Source of the DNA: a virus
Lineage: Duplodnaviria; Caudoviricetes
DNA: 36,727 bases
Strand: one strand, 5' to 3'
IMG/VR virus record: IMGVR_UViG_3300025012_000207
Location: 1-36,727 of that record
Part shown: positions 19,096-26,800 of the stretch, piece after piece
Layout: every line of letters begins with the position of its first letter
Position numbering within the stretch: the stretch's first letter is position 1
Made by a program: the position numbers and the translations under genes
Notes under the pieces: generated by a model
Database searches by the model: none
What the model saw: the letters and a program-made list of their open reading frames with translations, nothing else
Told to the model about the DNA's origin: nothing

Positions 19096-20505
19096 ATGGC
19101 CGAAGATAAGAAAAGAAAATATCCCCACCTTGGCACAGGGACAGTTGCCATGCGTGGCGGGACTATGCCGAGTGCCGGTGCGCTGAAAACTGCAAGCAGA
19201 CCGGCAGGCGCAAACGCTCAAGTGCCTATGCCTTCTGCTGAATCCATTCCCGGTGGAGTGCGGGGTGCGGAGACTGGCAGGCTGGCAAGCGAAGCAATGG
19301 CGAAAGGTGGCGTTTCAAGCGGGCTAGGCGTAATTGCCAGGAGAGCGCCGGGGGATATCGCTTCTGCTACTGGACAGTTCATTAAAAGGGGAGTGATTGA
19401 TCCAACAAACAGGCTCCTTGGTGTTCCCATTAACGCGGGTGCAAATCTGGTCAGGACTGCGGTAACTGGCGAGGTTGTGCCGGAAGCGGAAAGGAAGAAT
19501 ATCGTAAACACTGAACCAGTACAGTCGTTGCCGAAGTTGCAGCCTGACGATGTTTTGTTGCCGGGGGAAAACACCTTCCAGCCGAAACAAGCGGTCCAGC
19601 AAGAGCCTCTAAAAGCAGACGAGGGTTGGATAAAGGATTCTCAGACCGGGGAAATGATTTCTCTCAGGGGCGGAAAAACAGCATGGACAAAAGACGGGGT
19701 GCCGATTGACAAACCCGTTAGGGCACCGGGGGAGATGCTTGGGGCAAGACAAGACAAGAGGTCAAGCCTTGACGTATCCTTTGACCCCAGTGTGTCACTC
19801 GGCGCAAGGAAAGCATTCATGGCTCAACCCGTTGCCCCGACTGCACAGATGGCACGATACGAGGCATACCAGAACACCCCGCGAGGGCAGTTCTTCGGAG
19901 CAAGACCGATTAAGAATGAAACACCACAACCTCAGACAATTGGCGAGATGATTGTTGACCGTCAGCGGATGGGCAGGGAGAAGGTAGAGGCAGGCATCAG
20001 GCAAGAAGACGAAAGGAACATGACCAACGTAAGGGGCCAGGATTTAGTGTCAGCGGCTGCAAGAGAGAGGAATGCCATTGACGCTATAAATGTAACTGGC
20101 GAGAATGCCTTACGTGGAGCGCAGACCAAGGGGGCAGAGTTAGACCTTGCCGGGAAACAGCAACTCAACGATTTGCAGGATAGGCTCATTGCCTCAAAAG
20201 ATCCAGTAGAGCGTAATATACTCAAGTCTCAGATACTGGCAATGCAGGGGAAAGACACGAAGGCTACCGTGACAACGAGGAAGACCACCGATCCGATAAC
20301 CGGCATCACGACAGAAGTACCCTACGCAGTAGACCCTGACAATCCTGGTGGGGCTGTGGAGATTGGCGGCGAGGGGGCAATGTCAGAGATAGGTATCATC
20401 AACGGAAACCCCAAGTACAAAGCGGCATTCGACGCGGCAACTCCTGAGAAGCAACAGGAGATGATAGCGAAGATACGGGAGCGGTTGGCGCAGATGGCTA
20501 TTTAG
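19096..20505 (+). CDS. putative ejection (DNA transfer) protein
   Basis: AAGGAG SD; low-complexity Gly/Ala/Gln/Pro sequence without Cys, RGQDL motif; directly upstream of the giant gene. Confidence 0.6.
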   Translation: MAEDKKRKYPHLGTGTVAMRGGTMPSAGALKTASRPAGANAQVPMPSAESIPGGVRGAETGRLASEAMAKGGVSSGLGVIARRAPGDIASATGQFIKRGVIDPTNRLLGVPINAGANLVRTAVTGEVVPEAERKNIVNTEPVQSLPKLQPDDVLLPGENTFQPKQAVQQEPLKADEGWIKDSQTGEMISLRGGKTAWTKDGVPIDKPVRAPGEMLGARQDKRSSLDVSFDPSVSLGARKAFMAQPVAPTAQMARYEAYQNTPRGQFFGARPIKNETPQPQTIGEMIVDRQRMGREKVEAGIRQEDERNMTNVRGQDLVSAAARERNAIDAINVTGENALRGAQTKGAELDLAGKQQLNDLQDRLIASKDPVERNILKSQILAMQGKDTKATVTTRKTTDPITGITTEVPYAVDPDNPGGAVEIGGEGAMSEIGIINGNPKYKAAFDAATPEKQQEMIAKIRERLAQMAI

Positions 20506-20744
20506 TCTTTCGGAAAGAAAATGTCATCAAAGGCACCTTCAGGGTATTTCGCTTGTGTGGCTTTGAATGACTCGGGGAATTTCTTCTGGCAGGCTGCTCT
20601 AATGAATAGAGCGGCCTGTGTAGTTTCGGCACCGTCCATGTTTGCCAGTAGGCAATCTTCATACGTCCTCGGTTGGTTGTAATAGTATATCCCAACTGCT
20701 GCCAGAACGATGGCGGCACAGGCATAAAGTGTGTTGTTTTTCAT
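20502..20744 (-). CDS. small membrane-anchored two-Cys protein (80 aa), candidate superinfection-exclusion moron
   Basis: AGGAGGT SD 4 nt before ATG 20744; N-terminal hydrophobic helix; YEDCLLANM...IRAACQKKFP; C-terminal GAFDDIF. Confidence 0.85.
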   Translation of the reverse strand: MKNNTLYACAAIVLAAVGIYYYNQPRTYEDCLLANMDGAETTQAALFIRAACQKKFPESFKATQAKYPEGAFDDIFFPKD

Positions 20745-20760
20745 ATCGACCTCCTGCTGA

Positions 20761-20789
20761 AGTATCGCATAACATGGGGAATCATTCAA
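20761..20789 (-). promoter_or_regulatory. sigma70-like promoter for the antisense gene (proximal)
   Basis: Minus strand TTGAAT-17 bp-GATACT, preceded by TGn. Confidence 0.5.
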
Positions 20790-20805
20790 GCAATAAATGT
20801 TTCCG

Positions 20806-20834
20806 TTGCAATTGCTCCAAATATATGTTATAAT
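20806..20834 (+). promoter_or_regulatory. sigma70-type promoter upstream of the giant gene
   Basis: TTGCAA(20806-11)-17 bp-TATAAT(20829-34), extended TGn. Confidence 0.7.
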
Positions 20835-20855
20835 CATCGCAACTAAGTTATTCAA
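20827..20855 (-). promoter_or_regulatory. sigma70-like promoter for the antisense gene (distal), overlapping the + promoter
   Basis: Minus strand TTGAAT(20855-50)-17 bp-TATAAC(20832-27). Confidence 0.45.
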
Positions 20856-20878
20856 AACACAAATCAAAGGCGCAATAA

Positions 20879-23800
20879 ATGGCAAACGATTTTGATGATA
20901 TATTTGGCGTAAAGAGCGACGAGGCTGGAGCGTTTGATGACATCTTTGACGTAAAACCCGAAGGCGGATTCAAGGCATCTGCAAAGCAGGCACTAGGCGC
21001 GACCATCAAAGGTGCCGGTCAAGCCGCCGCTGACTTCATCCCCGGTATCGGCACCGACAACGCAGTCAAGCAATACGGCCAGTCTGTCATTGATGCCAAT
21101 CCCACAGCGGTACAAGGGTTCTCCGATATCGCAGATAAGCCTTGGACTACGGTTAAAGAGGCTGTCGGTAATGCTGGCGGGTCAATGGCCGGGATGCTCG
21201 GGGTCCGTGCATTGGGACAGGGCATCACCGCTCTTTCTCCTGCCGCTGGCCCTCTCGCCCCGGTAGTCGCTGGTGCTGGTCAGGCTATTTCATGGCTCGG
21301 TCCTATGGCTATTGCAGCACTCCCATCGTTCGGCGGTATCAGGGATAAGCAGATAATCAACGATCCTACGGCGCAGGAATCGGCTAAGTCGAAGGCTATT
21401 GCCGCATTGGGTGCCGGTACGGTCGGTCTGATAGAAACCAAGTTTGGCCCGCAGAACTGGGCACTTGCCGCGATGACGAAAGAGGGCAGGGCTAAACTGG
21501 CTGAGAAGTTTGCCGCAACGACTTTACCCAAGGCTATCGGAAGAGGCGCATTGGAAGGTTCGGCGGTTGAGGGTGCTGAGGAACTGGTACAGAGTCCCGT
21601 TGAACAGATTGCATCAGGTGACAACCCACTGACCTCAGAGAGTTTGAGTGAAACTGGATTCGGCGGCGTGATGGGTGCTGTCGGCGGCGGCGTACTCGGT
21701 GGCGCAATGGGCGGAATTTCGCGGAACATGCCAAGCGAGGAACCGGCACACCCCCCCCCCTCCGGCCCGATAGGCAAAGCACTCCAAGCCACACGTACCA
21801 CCCCGGCACTAGGCGCACGGCAGAGCAGCCAATCCCCTGAGTCACTTCGCAACACGGCGGCGGGCACGGAGATATCATTTGCCCAGCCTCCCCCGCTTGA
21901 GAGTATACCCCAACCGGCAATTGAACCCCCAGTACAGGAATTGCCTAACGCACAGATTCAGGCCACTGAGGATACCCCCACGGCACAACCGGAGGTCAAC
22001 GCGGCCACTGATACCCTTCAGCCTGAAAACACCGCACAGGGGCAAGTAGAGCCTTCTAAGGGATACAAGACTGTCTCCGGTGCGAACAAAGAGATTAAGC
22101 GACTCGGCGGCACGAAGGAGACTTACGAGGTCAAGAAGGTTGACGACCGATACTATCCTACGCCTATCCAGCCTGAGCATCAGCAGGCGGAACCAGAGGC
22201 CACCCGGACAACTGACACCATCCCCCCCCGCAACCCATCCGCCTCACCCGGCTCCGTCCGCAACGCTGCTGGTAGCGCATACGCTGGCGCTGAGGTTACG
22301 GGCAATCTCCGAGAGTCGGCAGGCGCACAGTATCAGGAAGCACCAGTTACGGGGAACTTGCGGGATGCTGGCGGCACATCTGGTCCTGAGATGGTCAATG
22401 TCGAATCCGCCATATCCCCGGGCAATGTCGAAAACGACAAACCAAAAGAAATTTCTGACTGGTTTTATAGGTTGGAAAATGTTCTGCCTGAAAGTGATGT
22501 TAAATCTATCCTTTCTGGAATAGAAAGTGGAGAGATATACAAATACGTCCCCGGTCTTGCACAATATTCAGACGAAGTAGTTAGTGTTGCCAAGAAAAGA
22601 CTTGAAAAATTGGACAAGGATTGGACCGAAAAGGTTGCTAGTAAAGAAGCGAAAAAGGAAGTAATTGCAGCAACAAAAGGGGTCTTTGGCAACGGTGATA
22701 ATAGAGAGAGGTTCGGGGTATCTGGCAAAGAGGCGCTTGATAAGGGGATGATTATCAGCGCATCTCGCATGGGTAAAAATGGTCGAGTAGTTTCTGATGG
22801 ATATTACGCTTCAAATGGCAGCGATTACGATACCAAGAAAACTGTAACGGAAGCGCTTGCACAGTACCACAAGAACGCTGGAATAAGCGCACCAACCAAC
22901 CCATTAACTCCCAAGGTTGAGGAAAGTGGGGAGATGGTGGGTGTAAAAGAGCCTTGGCAGATGAGCAGGGAAGAATATGCAAAAAATGGCGGGGATATTT
23001 CCTTCTCTGCCCCAAGTGGTTCAGGCTCTCACCGGGACTCTGTAGAAGAAGCATATAATCGTGGTGAAAAAATATCGCCGAAGGTTTTAAAAGATTATCC
23101 ATGGCTGTCTGCCCGCGATGCTATAAAACCGTATGTGAAAAATCTTGGCAATCTTTCCGACAAGGAACTGGCCGCTGAGGCGAAAAAGACCAGGAATGAT
23201 CTAAACGATTGGGCGAATAAAACGCCAAACATTATCAATGGTCGTGTGAATCCTGAGCTTGGAGGGCAATCGAGTTTTGAAGTAAGCGGAAAAATGAACG
23301 CAGTAGATCGGGAAATTGAGGCCCGGAAAACCAGACAAGATGTCACCACATCCGCACAAGTGGTACATGCCGACACCGACATAAATGCTGGTAATGTCGG
23401 TGTCGACATGCAGGGGGCTTCTTCCGCTGCACAGGAGGTAACGGAAAGTGTGACCTCTGGTGCATCCCCCCAGCCCAGTAGTGAGAAGACCGCGCCTGTT
23501 CAACCCTCCCCCCCGAAGGCCGATGAACAGGCTGCGGGAGTGAACACGGAGTACGAGGAACGTGAGCGCAAGACCCATATAGTAGCCGACCGCACGAAGA
23601 TAGGGAACGACGCGAAGAAAGCCAACATGCTTGAGGCTATTGCCGAAGCACGGAAGCAAGTTCCTCCAGCAGCACCGGCAGACGGGTTTGAAAACGCGAA
23701 GACAATTGCATGGCCCAAGCAGCGGACGAGTCAAGGACGGAAGTGGTATAGCCTCATCGGTGATTATGATTTGGTCAGCGACAAGAGGGGGAACAAGTGG

Positions 23801-26800
23801 CAACTGTATCGGCACGAAGGGCATGTTGAATCAGGCTTTGAAGAGAAGATAGGCGAGGCTTATGATGACCTGAATAGTGCCAAGTCGTTCGCTGAACAGT
23901 ATTTACTCGGTCGGGCGAAACCTGAAGGACTTCCGCACATCTTCAAGAACGCCGGGAAAACCTATCAGTTTGAAGTCCCAAACTCAGCCTACCACCTCGA
24001 CAACTTTGAGAAGAAGGTCAGGGGTGCAGGGGGCATAAAGTATTCCCAAGCCGCCGCATATTTTGCCCCTGAGACAGAAGCATTTGATATAATCAACGCC
24101 TCTGACACAATCCCGCCTGATGGCAGAAGGACAGACCTAACCCCAGGCCAACGCCGAGTAGTAGCGGCACTGGAGCAGTCTGGCGGAATTGACACATCGT
24201 TATTTAATCCACTCGGATTAGAGGTGAACAATGAGCAAATCGAAATCGCAAGAGATCTGGAAAAGGTTATCGGAGATGAGAGAAAAGTCACCCCCTGGCG
24301 TTTGCCTGACACCTTGGCTAAAAAGCATCGAAGCGGGCGAGTCCACATGGGCGGAGTGCCGCGCAGCGATTTTGAAAGTGCAGAGCGACTGGCTGAAATC
24401 TTTGGCAGAAAAATAGTCTGGGCTAATCTCGGTGATGTCTTCAGTACCAACGGCCTGATAGTCCCGAATAACAAACTCTCTGAATACATCTTCATCGACC
24501 CGCGCACAGGCATTGCCCCGCATACAGTGTATGGACATGAACTGGCGCACCACCTTGAAACATCCCATCCGCAGCAGTATCAAGACTTGTACGATATCGT
24601 GTCTCCGCTTCTCAAGGACGTTGACAAGTATCGTGACAAGATAAGTTTCACTGGCAATGATATCAATCTTCGCCGGGAAATCATTGCCGACCTCCTTGGT
24701 GATTCGTTTGATAACCCGTCATTCTGGAACGAGGTAGCGGCACAATCCCCCAGAAAGTTTCGCAAGATTGCCGCTAAGATACGTGCATGGATTGACAGCC
24801 TCATTGCCAAGTTCTCCGCACGGGGATTCGGTTCAGAGCAATACGTCACCGACCTGAAGGCTACGCGCAAGGCACTGGCTAAACTCATGGTGCAGACTAT
24901 GAGCGAGAAGGGGCGGGCTGAGCTGGCGAGTGGCAAGGCTGGCGTAAATTCGTTTGCACAGGATGCGAAGATGAGTTTAAGTTCTGCCATGAGAAAGATA
25001 CAGAACATGGCGGCGTTTAAGAAGTGGTTTGATGGAAGTAAAATAGTGGACGAGGATGGAGCGCCGTTAGTTTTGTACCATGCTACAAGGGCTGATTTTA
25101 ATCATTTTGAACAAGTGCCAGGCTCAGACATAGGTTTTCATTTTGGTTCTTCCCCCCAAGCCAACGGAAGAATAGAATCAACCAGGGGTCTTAACCATGT
25201 TGCAGGGAAGGGCAAAGCGTCTGAATATGGCGAAAGGTTAATCCCGGTATTTCTGGCAATAAAAAACCCGCTCAGGGTGGAAGACCCAGGATACTTTGGC
25301 GTAGCAGAACTTTTACCTCAATTGGAGAGTAAAGGTATAGACTTGGATTATGTAACAACCCCGCAAAGGCTTATTACTGCGTTGAAATATGCTGGTTATG
25401 ACGGGTTTGTATATAAGAACGAAAACAACGATGAGGGAGAAGGAGATTCTTACGTAGCCTTTGACCCCACCCAAATCAAATCCATTTTCAATCAAACGTG
25501 GAATCCCACCAACCCAGACATTCTGGCATCCTTCGCAGGCCCCCAAGCCAAGCAAGCCGACACCTCAGCCCTATCCCGCGCCAAAGCGATGCAGAAATCC
25601 GGCGAGGCTCGGCGTAAGATATGGCGCGATACGGGGTGGTATGAGATAATCCCCGGTAAAGGGCAGTGGTCGTATGAGATAGACGATAGCCTGTCCAGTG
25701 TGAAGATGAAGGACGGGTATCTGGAAGACGTACTGACCCATCCGAAACTCTACGCTGACTATCCGCAACTGGCTAAGGTGCGGGTGCGGTTTGAGGATAT
25801 GGGGGCTACTAAGCGGGGGAGCTTTGACGAGAATAAACGGATTGTCCGTATCAATTCAAGCCTTCCAAGCAAGGAGCAACGGTCTACACTAACCCATGAA
25901 TCGCAGCATATTATCCAGACCGAGGAAGGTTTTGCCAAGGGGAGCAATCCATTCGATAAGTCACTTCCCACCGATACAGAACTGGCAGAAAGGATTAACA
26001 AGCGATACCGCGAGCAGGAAGAAAAGATTAAGCAGTCGGCAGAATACAAGAAGTTTATTGACAACTTCGTAAAGGACTTCAAGGGGGAAAGATACGTTGC
26101 CTCTAAGCGCACTGGCGTAAAGTACGACAAGGCGATGAATGAAGCAGAGTTTGCCGCTTATGGTGAGTTCTTTCTTGAGTTAGACGAGAAGAGGGCATTA
26201 GATGTCATTAAGTTGCTCGACAATGCAAGTGGTTACACCGGAGACAGGGTTACATCGTATTTAACGCAGACCGGCGAAGCAGAGTCCCGCCTAGTACAAG
26301 CCCGCCTCGACCTTACCCCGGCGCAGCGCAAGGCTATTCCGCCGTGGGTCACACTGCGGCGGATGCTGGAGAAGGAGGGGTTGCTTAAACCGGGGCAGAA
26401 GGTTGAGGATGTGCTGGTGTCTGGTGTTGATAAAAATGGGCAGAATGATACAATGATGTCCATGTCGAGAAGAGAAATCGCAGATAAAACAAAGTCATTC
26501 AGGGCGATGGGGGCCGAAGTAATAGACGGCAAGATCATTCTGTATCGCGGGGCAAATGTATCAAAATCGGTAATAAAGAAACTACGATACGGTGATTTCT
26601 TGTCTGCAACCGAGAGCGGAAAGGATGCCACCGGCAACGAGGGGGCTGGCGGATATGGCAAGAACGTAGTCAGGTTTGAATTGCCAATTTCTGACGTAGA
26701 AATCTCCAACGGTGAGTTTCAGTATAAGGGTGAGTCGTCGTCATTGAAGGGTGGAAGCAAATACCCAAGAGAGATATACAAGGCATACAATGATGTCTAC

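Noticed and set aside
20745-20885. 127-aa version of the antisense ORF in the ORF track
   Set aside because: The extension runs through the AT-rich promoter region and overlaps the giant gene's start; the strong AGGAGGT SD supports ATG 20744.
20517-20947. GAFDDIF match as a DNA inverted repeat or invertible segment
   Set aside because: The four mismatches are all synonymous third positions, the longest exact run is only 11 bp, and no invertase is present; protein-level mimicry fits better.
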